A stretch of DNA of 64,000 nt from Felis catus (Eukaryota), in the NCBI RefSeq assembly GCF_018350175.1, contig NC_058383.1, forward strand, positions 16,184,001 to 16,248,000, written 5' to 3'. The notes under the pieces are model-generated. The model did not search any database. It was not told where the DNA came from and worked only from the letters and a program-made list of their open reading frames with translations. Below are positions 1 through 10,119 of this stretch, piece by piece. Each line of letters begins with the position of its first letter. Within the stretch, counting starts at the first letter, position 1. A program made the translations under genes and the position numbers.

Positions 1-123
1 GTTAAGGAGAAATGAATAAAACTTGTTTACTCAAAGTCTACATTATAAAAATGGCATTATCAAAAAGCTTTCATCAGCTAAATCATTTTGATGTAGTTAA
101 GAAAACTGTTAAAGTATTCATAC

Positions 124-257
124 CTTGGGAATAATGAGCAATGCATCAGCAAATGCTTGCACTCCAAGCTGGGCCCTGCCCTTTACACTGGGCTTATATT
201 TAATCAAGGCTTCTGCCATTGCCACTTCCACTGCACCAGCACCTGGAACTACACAGC
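124..257 (-). CDS. CCT6A: CCT6A exon 11 (further exons lie beyond the left edge)
   Basis: [53 protein letters not shown]; 134 nt. Confidence 0.97.
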
Positions 258-320
258 CTGTTGGGGGCGGGGGGACGGAGAGAAATGCTAAGTTGCAGAA
301 AAAACAAAACTGTAGAATCA

Positions 321-549
321 TTTTTTTTTTATTTTTATTTTTCAACTTTTTAAAATTTATTTTTGGGACAGAGAGAGACAGAGCATGAACGGGGGAGGGG
401 CCGAGAGAGAGGGAGACACAGAATCGGAAACAGGCTCCAGGCTCTGAGCCATCAGCCCAGAGCCTGACGCGGGGCTCGAACCCACGGACCACGAGATCGT
501 GACCTGGCTGAAGTCGGACGCTTAACCGACTGCGCCACCCAGGCGCCCC
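321..549 (-). mobile_element. Young felid Can-SINE (SINEC_Fc-like)
   Basis: tRNA-derived head GGGGCGCCTGGGTGGCGCAGTCGG on minus, (CT)n, A-tail, CpGs retained, TSD GAATCATTTTT at 315 and 550. Confidence 0.92.
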
Positions 550-731
550 GAATCATTTTTAAGAAAATTAAAACACACACACAAAAGCCATCCATTTCTT
601 GAGAATTCGGCATAACCACCACAGTGTTAATACTACACTTGAAAGCAATACAAGCAACACATCAAATAGCAAAATGGCCCAATTTAACTAGTACTTGGAA
701 GCTCTTGCAAGGTCTTAGCATTAGTTCATTT

Positions 732-871
732 ATTTGTATCCACTTTTAATCATGATATGCTATATAAAAGCCTCGCATACCATCACAGGCATTTTAAAGG
801 GAAGAGTTTACTTTTGCATGGTGTCTGGCTGTGTAAATTACTGATAAAAAGAACACAGTATTCAGCCATGC
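732..871 (-). ncRNA. SNORA15: H/ACA snoRNA SNORA15 in CCT6A intron 10
   Basis: Minus strand GCATGGCTGAATACTGTG...CAGCCAGACACCATGC hairpin, H box AAAGTA, second hairpin, terminal ACA+3 nt (ACAAAT); matches recalled SNORA15 sequence and known host gene. Confidence 0.9.
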
Positions 872-910
872 CTTTCACACTAGCAAAAGAATATACAATA
901 AGGATCTTAC

Positions 911-1058
911 CATCATCAATAGCATTTTTAACAGCCCTCAAGCCATCTCTTATTGCATCTTTGATTTGAGTGAGTGTGTGCTTATTTGGTCCTTTGACCA
1001 ATAATGTGACAGAGCGAGGGTTGTTACATTTCTCAATAAAGGTGAATTTCTCTTCTCC
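911..1058 (-). CDS. CCT6A: CCT6A exon 10
   Basis: [58 protein letters not shown]; 148 nt. Confidence 0.97.
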
Positions 1059-1346
1059 CTATGTGAAAAAGATATTTTCAAAAACAGGATATGGTTATAC
1101 AAAGAATGAAGAGGGGCTTATGGAAGAATAAGTAGTTTATTAATAAGAAAACAACATACCAATCACATTAAAGCAAATAAACTACTTCATATAAAAGAAA
1201 TGTGACTTTTCCCATCAATGGCTTATCATTACTATACATAAGCATCAAAATGTATGTAAACAGATCAAAAATATGATTCTGGGTTTGAATGAATTCATGA
1301 ACGAAACATCATTGTATTATCATCTTCAGAAAGAAAATACACTCAC

Positions 1347-1443
1347 CAATGTATATTCATAGACAAGTCCTGCATGTCCCAAACAATCAGGATTTAGGTC
1401 ATCAAAAGAATTTAGAGCTACTCCACCACAAGCAAGAGTCAGC
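1347..1443 (-). CDS. CCT6A: CCT6A exon 9
   Basis: [41 protein letters not shown]; 97 nt. Confidence 0.97.
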
Positions 1444-1804
1444 CTGAAATATTGGAAGTGTTTTAAGGGAGACCTGTAAGTGGCTTTGTTATGTTTGAAG
1501 AGATTAATAATTTTTAGGAAGCGATCTTTCAGAATTACATACCGAAATGAGATATTCTGAAATGTATTTTAACTCAAGCCTTTCCATTCACCACCAACCA
1601 GCTAAAAACCAGTCTTTTCTCCTAACTCACCATTTAAACCAGGCTTTCAAAGTTAGGAAATACTCCTTTGATAAGAAATCTAAAGGCGAACAAGAGCTCT
1701 TTACTGTGGTGAGCTCTGAGGAAAAAGTAGTTCTTTGAAACCCCTTGATGCTGTCTCTCGACATGGTTACATACATACACATTTCATGGTTTAAAATTAA
1801 AACA

Positions 1805-2290
1805 AGCATATACCAAAGTTCACAGCAGCATTATTCACAACAGCATTATTCACAACAGGACATTTGAGAAGAAACTCAAATGTCCACTGATAAATGTATA
1901 AATAAAATGTGATATATTCATACAATGGAGTATTCTTCATCCTTGAAAGGGAAATGAGATTCTAACATATGCCATACAACATGGATGAACTTTGAAACTA
2001 TCATGCTAAGTGAAGAAGCCAGACACAAAAGGACAAATACTGCATGATTCCCTTACAGGAGGTACTGAATTTAGAGACAAAATAGAATAGTATTTACCAG
2101 GAGTGGGAGAAACAAGGTTATTATTTAATGAGTAGAATTTCAGTTTGGGAGGATGGAAAAGTTCTAGAGATGAATGATGTAATGGCTGCACAACAACGTG
2201 AATGCAATTTAATGCCACTGGATTATAATTAGAAAAAATGAGTAAAATGTTAAGTTTTATATTATGTGTATTTTATCACAATAAAAAAAG
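1805..2290 (+). mobile_element. Old L1 3' end fragment
   Basis: GCAGCATTATTCACAA...CATACAATGGAGTATT...ACATGGATGAAC motifs, ending AATAAAAAAA. Confidence 0.75.
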
Positions 2291-2379
2291 GAAAAACGTA
2301 ATTACAGGAGAAAAAGCAATCCCAGTTAACTTGCAAAATAAGTAAAATTTACATCACCAAGATAATCTGGTATCTGTAC

Positions 2380-2462
2380 CTTTCCATATTTCTCCTTTTA
2401 GCCCTCCGCAGAGCTACTATGCCTTCTTTTGCAAGAGCATCTAAGGAAAAGGGGTCAATTCC
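2380..2462 (-). CDS. CCT6A: CCT6A exon 8
   Basis: [36 protein letters not shown]; 83 nt. Confidence 0.97.
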
Positions 2463-2556
2463 CTGTGTCAAAAACAAGTTAGTTTTAGTAAGAAGTCACC
2501 TTAAAAATAACAATGAATGATACAGGCTCATTCATAAAGTAAAACTTCATTCTCAC

Positions 2557-2716
2557 CTTTTGATTAATAACCACAAATCCTTTATCTGAATCACCACAGA
2601 CTTTCTTTTTCAGTTCTATTATTTTTTTAACTCTATCTTCAATGAATTTTCTTTCAGCTTTTACAAGCTTCTCTCTCTCTTCTGCACTCTTGTAAAAAAA
2701 GCCAGAATTCACTTCT
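2557..2716 (-). CDS. CCT6A: CCT6A exon 7
   Basis: [62 protein letters not shown]; 160 nt. Confidence 0.97.
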
Positions 2717-2983
2717 CTATTTAAAAAAAGTTGGGGGTGGGGGAGGGGGGAGGGAAATATTTATTTTTTAAGATAAACCAGCCGAAGAAATTGGGTTAGT
2801 CTTGAGATTTAACAAATAGTTAACTCCAGTCCTTATCCCTGGAATGTTTTCAGAAGTTATTTTCTATAATTCACCCAAACCCAACTGAGGCATTACTATC
2901 CTCAGAGTAATCTCACAAGTGACTTGCCCAAAATACAAGCTGCTCCACCTCTCCACTCCATTTGTAAGGGGCTATAGACTCAC

Positions 2984-3094
2984 GTTTTTTCATATTCTAA
3001 TGACACATTGCATGTGAGGATGTATGCATCTTCTACTCTTTTCTTCATATCAGGATGCCGCGCCCCATGGTCTAAAACAAGACCTCTGATTAAG
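2984..3094 (-). CDS. CCT6A: CCT6A exon 6
   Basis: [45 protein letters not shown]; 111 nt. Confidence 0.97.
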
Positions 3095-3397
3095 CTGTTA
3101 AAATACATAATTTATAGTTATTGATTTCTAAATGATACATAACATATATTAATGAAATTCAAACACTGAATTGAGACTGTATTGATAATTTTCACACAAC
3201 TTTATGAGTTTTTGAACAAGACTTTTGGGTGAAACCAGGCAGGTTCAATTATGAAAAAACAATATCCAGAACATAACAGACACGACCCATTCAAACAAAA
3301 GTAACAACCCTTATCTTGTACAGGAAACTGCAGAGAAATAGTTGCAAATGGTTGGCTATCAAATTGTGATTACCTCCTTTAAAACATATTTCTCTTA

Positions 3398-3544
3398 AAG
3401 TTTGTTTATTCATTTTGAGAGAGAGCAGAGCATGTGTGTGCGGGGGGGGGGGGGGGGGGGGGGGCGGGGGGGGGGCAGAGAGAGGAGATGATCATAACCT
3501 GAACTGAAACTAAGAGTTGAATGCTGAGCCACCCAGGTGCCCCT
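3398..3544 (-). mobile_element. Deleted Can-SINE containing a long poly-G run
   Basis: Tail TTTGTTTATT...GAGAGAG and head TGAGCCACCCAGGTGCCCC. Confidence 0.75.
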
Positions 3545-3847
3545 AAAAATATTTTTTAACTTGGTCATTGAAACATATATTTTAAATTCCCCACCAGTCT
3601 ATTATGCTTTGTATCCCACAATTCAGTAAATCACTGATGTAGCTCACTTTTCAGAATCATTCTGACTATAAACACATCATACCAGTAACTTCAAGAGGAA
3701 ACACTACTGAGCAAACTAAATATTCACCTAGGAATACACACAGGAATTCAGAGACAAAAAAAAAAAAAGTCAAAACAGATGTACTGTAAAAAGTGCCTGT
3801 AAATTTGGAAACATACCATAAGGATTTCATAGCATCCTACCACCTAC

Positions 3848-3951
3848 CTTGTATCAGTTTCAGATTTATGTTTCATCTCCATAATCTCAACCATGAAGAG
3901 GTCAATAGGTTCATCTTGTTTTTTAATGGCCAAAATGGAATCCACCACAGC
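3848..3951 (-). CDS. CCT6A: CCT6A exon 5
   Basis: [43 protein letters not shown]; 104 nt. Confidence 0.97.
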
Positions 3952-4004
3952 CTACAATAGGAGCATAACCATTAGATGAATTTGATTTGTAGAAGTCCAG
4001 ACAC

Positions 4005-4133
4005 TTATGTTGCTTGTTCTTCAGAGAAGCGCAGTTTCTTTAAAATCTCTGAACTGATCTAAGCCCTTCTCTATGAGCTAACAGAATACATTATTTGTAA
4101 AGGATTGAAGTCATTTACATTCCTGACATCTCA
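4005..4133 (-). ncRNA. Candidate additional H/ACA-like small RNA in CCT6A intron 4
   Basis: Hairpin - AGAGAA (ANANNA) - hairpin - ACA+3 nt architecture over 129 nt; family not recognised. Confidence 0.35.
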
Positions 4134-4381
4134 ATTTATAATTAGGTAAAGAATCACTGACATCCCCACTATTTTATTAAAAATATTGACGGCACAAGTT
4201 TTTTTCATAATAAAATTTCCATTTTATAAACCTTTAATAGAAACTCTGATTATATCTTTATAACCTGGTCAGGTATACTATTATTTGATTTTCTCATTTT
4301 ACATTTTAGGAACACACATCAGTTACTCTCACTACCACAAAAAGGAAACTACTTATTTCACATGGTATAACACTGTGAATG

Positions 4382-4595
4382 TTTTTTTTTTTTAATGTTA
4401 AAAAAAAATTTTTTTTTTTTTTTGCCTGGGGGGGGGTGCGTGAGTGAAAGAAGGGTGGTGGGGGTGGGGTGGAGAGAGAGAATCCCAAGCAGACTCCCAA
4501 TGTCGATACACGGCTCCATCTTACAACCATGAGATCATAACCCGAGCCAAAATCTAGAGTTGGGACACTCAATGGACTGAGGCACCCAGGAGCCC
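4382..4595 (-). mobile_element. Can-SINE
   Basis: T-rich tail, GAGAGAATCCCAAGCAG, head CACCCAGGAGCCC. Confidence 0.82.
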
Positions 4596-4698
4596 TGACA
4601 CGGTGAAGGTTTCAGATAGCATCCTGTAACCGAAACTAGGAAGTGTATCAAGGGTCTTCAACACAGGTGTACTGTACCAAATGCCACATTTAACATAC

Positions 4699-4872
4699 CT
4701 CTGTTAAGACATCAGCAAGTTCAGCATGCACTTTAGTACGTAGAGATGTTCTGGCCACATCTATAAGTGTTTCTCTGTCCATTTCTTTGCTTACTTTGAC
4801 TTGTTCCAAAAACTGAAGTGCCTTTTCCTTTGCAGCTTCAAATCCTTCTGTTATTATTCTGGGATGAAGACC
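4699..4872 (-). CDS. CCT6A: CCT6A exon 4
   Basis: [19 protein letters not shown]...[20 protein letters not shown]; 174 nt. Confidence 0.97.
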
Positions 4873-4985
4873 CTACAAACATATAATCATATAACCATCA
4901 TCTCTAACACTGGAGTTCTTCAATTAGATGACAAAGTAAATTTTTAAAGGAATATTCTGGATCATTTACATGCTTTAATACAATA

Positions 4986-5119
4986 AAATGTGCTGACTTT
5001 CTGAATACATTTAAAAGGATAGATAGTCCTTTCAATGCAGAGGAAAAGAACAGACATTGCTGTAGCACAGAGTCAAAACCAAGGGAACTATAAAGCACAC
5101 TTGGGTTTTCACTGTGCAA
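4986..5119 (-). ncRNA. SNORA22: H/ACA snoRNA SNORA22 in CCT6A intron 3
   Basis: Minus strand TTGCACAGTGAAAACCCAAGTGTGCTTTATAGTTCCCTTGG...CTGTGCT, H box ACAGCA, terminal ACATTT; matches recalled SNORA22 sequence. Confidence 0.9.
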
Positions 5120-5662
5120 ACCACAAGGAATAATGCCCCAAACTCAAAACTGTGCTCAGGGGGACCATTTATTCACATCTCTTACAAACAAAAACAGGGA
5201 GACCAAGGGTCTCATTTTCCTCTCTTCCCAGGAATTTCTTGGCATTAGATCACTACTATGGTTTGCTTTAACTTTCAAACTACTCAGGACTAAAAAAAAG
5301 TTGTGAATTCTTATTTAAATTTACATTTTAGTTGGCTTTTTCTTTATAAATATGCCTAGTCCTGAATATCTGGTTTCTAGATCTCAACTACCAATCTATG
5401 TTATAGACATATATAAATCATATGCAATGCCACTTGATCAAAAAAAAAAAAAAAATCCTGCAGGCCAAGGAAGGTTCTTTAATCTGTCCAGGATCACAAT
5501 AAACTTGTATAAGACCAGGCTCTGGTTCCAAGATTTAAGCCCCCTGCTCTTTACATTCTACTATACTGCCTCAGCTACTATGAACACATAAATTTATATA
5601 AATAAAATTCAGATTATTTCATGTTTACATAACTATCACAGAAACACAAGAATCATGTATAC

Positions 5663-5797
5663 TTCAGAAATGTAGAGATCCGCCTGTTTCAGTAGTTCTC
5701 CAATGATTAGGACATTGGAAGTGGTACCATCACCAGTTATGTCATCCTGGGCTGTTGCTACTTTGGCTATTAAGGAGGCTGTTGGGTGTTGAATTTG
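5663..5797 (-). CDS. CCT6A: CCT6A exon 3
   Basis: [45 protein letters not shown] including the chaperonin GDGTT motif; CAG/GTATAC; 135 nt. Confidence 0.97.
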
Positions 5798-6145
5798 CTG
5801 GAAGTAGAAAAAGAAGAAAATTACTTAAATTCAAACAGTCCAAATAAATATACCTTAAAATATCTGAAGGGACTCCTTTAAGAGCATCTATTTGCATAAA
5901 TTGCCCAAATGTTCAGCTACATGCGGCGCTGATTTAAAACTCACCATTAACTATTTTACACATCAATTTATGGTAATAAAAACATTCACATATAGATTTG
6001 AGTGGATTATCTCCACTTTACGGATGAGGAAATCTGAGGCTTAGTTAAGGTTTATTGAAGGTGAGTTACAAGTAAGAAATAATTTCAAATCCATGCATGC
6101 TTCTTTATGACAAATCTATGGCTCTTGTGACAATAAACCAGGTTC

Positions 6146-6369
6146 CTTCTTTTTTCTTTTTTAATACATATTTTTTTACGTTTGTTTATTTTTGAGAGAG
6201 ACAGAATGCGAACAGGGGAGGGGCAGAGAGAGAAGGACACATAATCCACCGCAGGCTCCGCTCTGAGCTGTCAGCACAGAGCCCTATGTGGGGCTCAAAT
6301 CCATGAACTGTGAGATCATGACCTGAGCCAAAGGTGGACACTTAACCAACTGAGCCATCCAGGCGCCCC
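6146..6369 (-). mobile_element. Can-SINE
   Basis: Full body; TSD TAAACCAGGTTCCTTCT on both sides. Confidence 0.9.
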
Positions 6370-7416
6370 TAAACCAGGTTCCTTCTAAAATTAAACCCCA
6401 GCAGCCTCCAGTTCAGTTGGAACGGAACAAATAATTAAAAAGAAAAAAAGTTCCTTTAGTAAAGATCATCGGTGAATGCTACATCACCGAAGAAACGTTT
6501 TGGGAGAACAGGATATTCATTATGTCTCCAACATCACCCACAGATTCTTAATTACAAAGGATCCAAACAATGCTCCTGTACTGCTTTTGATTTTTAAATC
6601 TCCTATTCTCCACTAACCTAGTGCAGCCTTTTGTCTCTGGGGACACTGACAGTTTGTCTGCTAGCACAGGTCACCACTTAGCCAACTAAAAACAAACTAA
6701 AACTAACCTTCTAGGTTAGCTGATCCTTACTGAAGATGTTTACAAATATCTGCAAACTGAAGGCATGGTACACTAATACCAAAACCCTAAATTTTATTCT
6801 GAATTCAAAACACAGGCAAGTCATTTCCTTTCTTGGATTTTAAGTGCCAGGTTTTGGAAACTTAGGGAAGAGTAAAACAATTGCTCCTCTCAACAGTCTT
6901 ATATTCTTGGGTCAGTGAGACTTAAAAGCGGTAAAGCAAAGAGTTTTGTCTCCCCTTCAGCTGGAGGTGGAGATGGACCAGACAGAAACTGCGGTTTTAT
7001 AAAGAGAAAAAATAGCATATGAATAATAACAACAACAATAATAATAATAATAAAGTATAGCCGTGTTATCACATTTTGCACCTACCTGGGTCAACCGCTT
7101 AGTTTTCCAAATTTTAATAAATTTTAGTAACTACCATCCTTTAACCAAGGACTTACATGGCAAGAGTAGGGATTCAAAAATAAGTTATCAGACTCCCCAG
7201 GGTTCCTCCTGGGGAGGAGGAACTGTCAGTACTGTTCTGGGGAGTACTGTACTGTCAGTACTGTTACCGATAATATTCCTTTTCTACTTCCTCCAGACCT
7301 GCTGAGGGCTAATAGTGATTTCTCCTATTTTGAAAATGAACATTAAAAATCCTCTTGCAAATTACACGTAATACGGAAAACCAAGACATTTTTGACCTAG
7401 TATAGCAGTCTCTCAC

Positions 7417-7480
7417 CATTTCATGAAGCAGCACATTGCCATCTTTAGTAAGCTTGATGTCTCCAGCACCAGAAACAAGC
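7417..7480 (-). CDS. CCT6A: CCT6A exon 2
   Basis: LVSGAGDIKLTKDGNVLLHEM; CAG acceptor, GTGAGA donor; 64 nt, phase consistent. Confidence 0.97.
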
Positions 7481-7639
7481 CTGTTCAATGGGCAGAAATG
7501 AACCACAGTGTGACTTTTTCAACGGACACCAAATTAAGAGTCCCATTCAAATCCGGCTTTACCCAGAACCTAGGGAGCTGGGGCCACGCGGCTGGTTCTC
7601 TCTACCCAGCAATAGGAATGATGCAGTGCCCACCCCCTC

Positions 7640-8580
7640 CCTTCAGAGAAACAGTCGGCCGAACCCTTAGGGTTGCTGGAGCCCAGGGCGCGGGGGAGCG
7701 CCGCGCACGCGGGCAGCTTTGTTCTCCGCAGAGACGGCATCGATTACAAAAGGAAACGGCCGGGGCAGGAAACAGGCGCGACCCAGGAGTATGCGGGTAA
7801 GTAGGGCCGTAGCCGCGAGCAGAGGCCCAGGGGCGGCGAGCTCAAGGCCGTGGCCCCCGCCGCCATGCCCGCGACGGCGCGAGGTGCGTGGTGTCCGCCC
7901 TACCCTACCCGCCGGCCCCGCCTTACATCTTCATGGTGCCTTTAGGCCCCAAGTTGGTCCTCAGCACGTCCTGCAGTCCCCGGGCCGCGCTGATGTTGAC
8001 CGCCAGCGCCGCCTGGGCTCTGGCTACCTCGGCCTTGGGGTTCAGGGTCTTCACGGCCGCCATAGCTAACCACCACAGGAAGAGGAGGAGACCCGGCGTG
8101 CGGAGTGCCTAAAGCCGGCTCAGTGTGGCCTGGAGGCGCTACCCGGGTCTTCTGGAAAAGTCGGGCGCGCCCGGACCGTCCCCAGCGTGCCCGCGCTGCT
8201 GCCATTGGGCCGCGAGTCGGCCAGCGCCGCTCATTGGCTCGCGGCGCCTGACGTTCCGCCCCTCGCGGCCGGGCCCCGGCGCCATTGCTCACGAGAAGAC
8301 CCTGTTCCCAGGCAGAAAGGGCTCGCAGCGTTCCGGTTTCGCCGCCGTCTTGGCCCAGCTTGGCCGTCCCGGGACCTGAGGACGGAGGCGGGGCGGGGCG
8401 CGCGGCCGCTTTTGCGCCAGGCTGGGCCTGTGGGCGGCGCGCCCCCCGGCATGATTGCAGTGTGGGCCGCTCTTTTCTGGAGGTCTCTGGCCGCCGGTGT
8501 AGGGTGGACTTCTCCCTCCCCCACTCGCGCGGTTTGCCCTGCTTCCTCCCCTTGCTTCTCTGCTTCCCGTCACTAGCGTT
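7640..8580. promoter_or_regulatory. CpG island; CCT6A promoter, probably bidirectional with PSPH
   Basis: Very GC/CpG-rich; two CCAAT boxes (ATTGG at 8204 and 8233), HSE-like TTCtgGAAaaGTC 8150-8162, TGACG 8249, ETS-like TTCCG, GC boxes 8387-8400. Confidence 0.88.
7927..8063 (-). CDS. CCT6A: CCT6A (TCP-1 zeta chaperonin subunit) coding exon 1
   Basis: Encodes [45 protein letters not shown](M); ATG at 8063-8061; donor GTAAGG follows 7927; 137 nt. Confidence 0.97.
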
Positions 8581-8879
8581 TTCTTGACTTGATACCGTGT
8601 GCCTGTAGGGCTTCTAGGTGCTGTGGCGATACAGAAGCGAATCCGATAAGGGCCCTCGCCCAATGTTTTAAGCCTAGAGAAGATGAGATAGAATGCAAGG
8701 TAGAAAATGCTCGATGCCTATTTACCAAGCTGCAGGATTGGTGCTATGCGAGAAGCATGTCAGTCCACCCTTTGGGCTCCGGACACTGCTGAGGCCTCAG
8801 GCTCGCAAGGCAGGTTTTAAAACTTAAACTTGATGGAGTAGTGAGTCGTGTACGTTCTTTGAGAGGACTCCTTTTTAAG
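8320..8879 (+). other. PSPH: Probable distal non-coding first exon region of PSPH (boundaries uncertain)
   Basis: Resembles my recollection of the human PSPH 5'UTR (GAAGATGAGATAGAATGCAAGGTAGAAA...GGACTCCTTTTTAAG); donor candidates at 8700 and 8841. Confidence 0.45.
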
Positions 8880-10119
8880 ACAAAAAAAAACCCTGAAACA
8901 TTTCTCCCATTGTTTTCTAGTATCCAGTACCCCCCCCCCCCATATTAGGTATTCAGTAATGCCTTGTGTTTCATTTTTATAAGTAGTAACGAAGCTTGTT
9001 AGAACTCAGAGGTGCCAAAGGGTATCTGGTGAAAAGTATGCCTTCCTCCCTCATGTTCAACTTGCTTTATAGACAAGCACAATTACCATTATGTACTCTG
9101 AATTTCCGAGAGGTTTTCTGAACTTACAAATTCATATGCATATAAATATAAGCATTTTCCCCACACAAAATGTCAATTTATAATACACACTGTTGGTGTA
9201 TATTATACTTAAAGTATCTTGGTGATGGTACCATGGCAATACGTATAGGGATTCCTCGTTGTTAGCAGCTGAATCATATTCTTTGTAAGAGTGACAACAT
9301 CAACTAGCCGTCTACTGGTTGATATTTAGGTTGTTCCCAGTCTTCTGCTACTGAAGCTGCAGTGAGTATCCTGGTATATAATGCTTTTAAGTGGGTTTGT
9401 ATATTTGAGAATCATAAAAGCATATATATAAATTTGAGTAATAGCATTACACAGGAGACTTGTGTTTACTTGCATGCAGATTTATTTAACTAGTGTTGGA
9501 GATGTGTGGGGAGACATAAGCAGAGATGAAGATTGTGTAATTTCAGGCACGTGCTTGTAGGTAGGGAAAGGGAGTGGGTCTCCTGAGATAAAATTGAAGG
9601 GGGCACCAAACACTCAGTGATTGAGATCAACAGTATTTTAATGCGGTATTTTTTTAAGTCACTATGAATGCAAGAAATCCACAATGAAGAAATACTGGAA
9701 TCTTAATTAGGCATCTCCACTAACATCATACCAGGCCTTAGACAAAGTCTCAGCAAAACAGAAGAATCCACATGATCTCTGTAGAGGGAATCTATTTGTA
9801 TGTGTCATTCTTCTAGTCTCCGTTATCACACTTTCAGACAAATCAATTATTTTCATTATATGATACAAAAGAGAACTTTAATATTTTTTTATTTTTAATG
9901 TTTATTCATTTTTGAGAGAGAGGATCTGAATTGGGCTCTGTGCTGACAGCAGAGATGCTCCTAGAATAGGAGAACTTTAGAATGTCTTTGGAGAATTTCA
10001 AACAAGAGGTCATGTTGTGGGAGCAGATCCATTTCAATACTTCATGGAAGAAATGTCAACAGATGTTTAGCTATTTGATACAGGAGGGATTTCAATAAAG
10101 AATAAAATTTTAAGGAAAG

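Noticed and set aside
258..492. N-terminal extension of the 124-aa ORF 118..492
   Set aside because: Read-through of SINE and intron sequence into CCT6A exon 11; the real acceptor is at 258-260
3442..3475. Long poly-G run (G-quadruplex candidate)
   Set aside because: Homopolymer expansion inside a SINE; length is error-prone and there is no functional evidence
6469..6490. Hairpin TCGGTGA-N8-TCACCGA
   Set aside because: A single 7-bp stem is expected by chance; no snoRNA boxes seen
8450..8468. ZNF143/SBS-like motif on the minus strand
   Set aside because: Several mismatches to the consensus; cannot be supported without a PWM scan
7719..8663. Many overlapping 100+ aa ORFs in the CCT6A CpG island (likewise at 39590-40021)
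   Set aside because: Expected stop-codon scarcity in GC-rich DNA; only CCT6A exon 1 is recognisable
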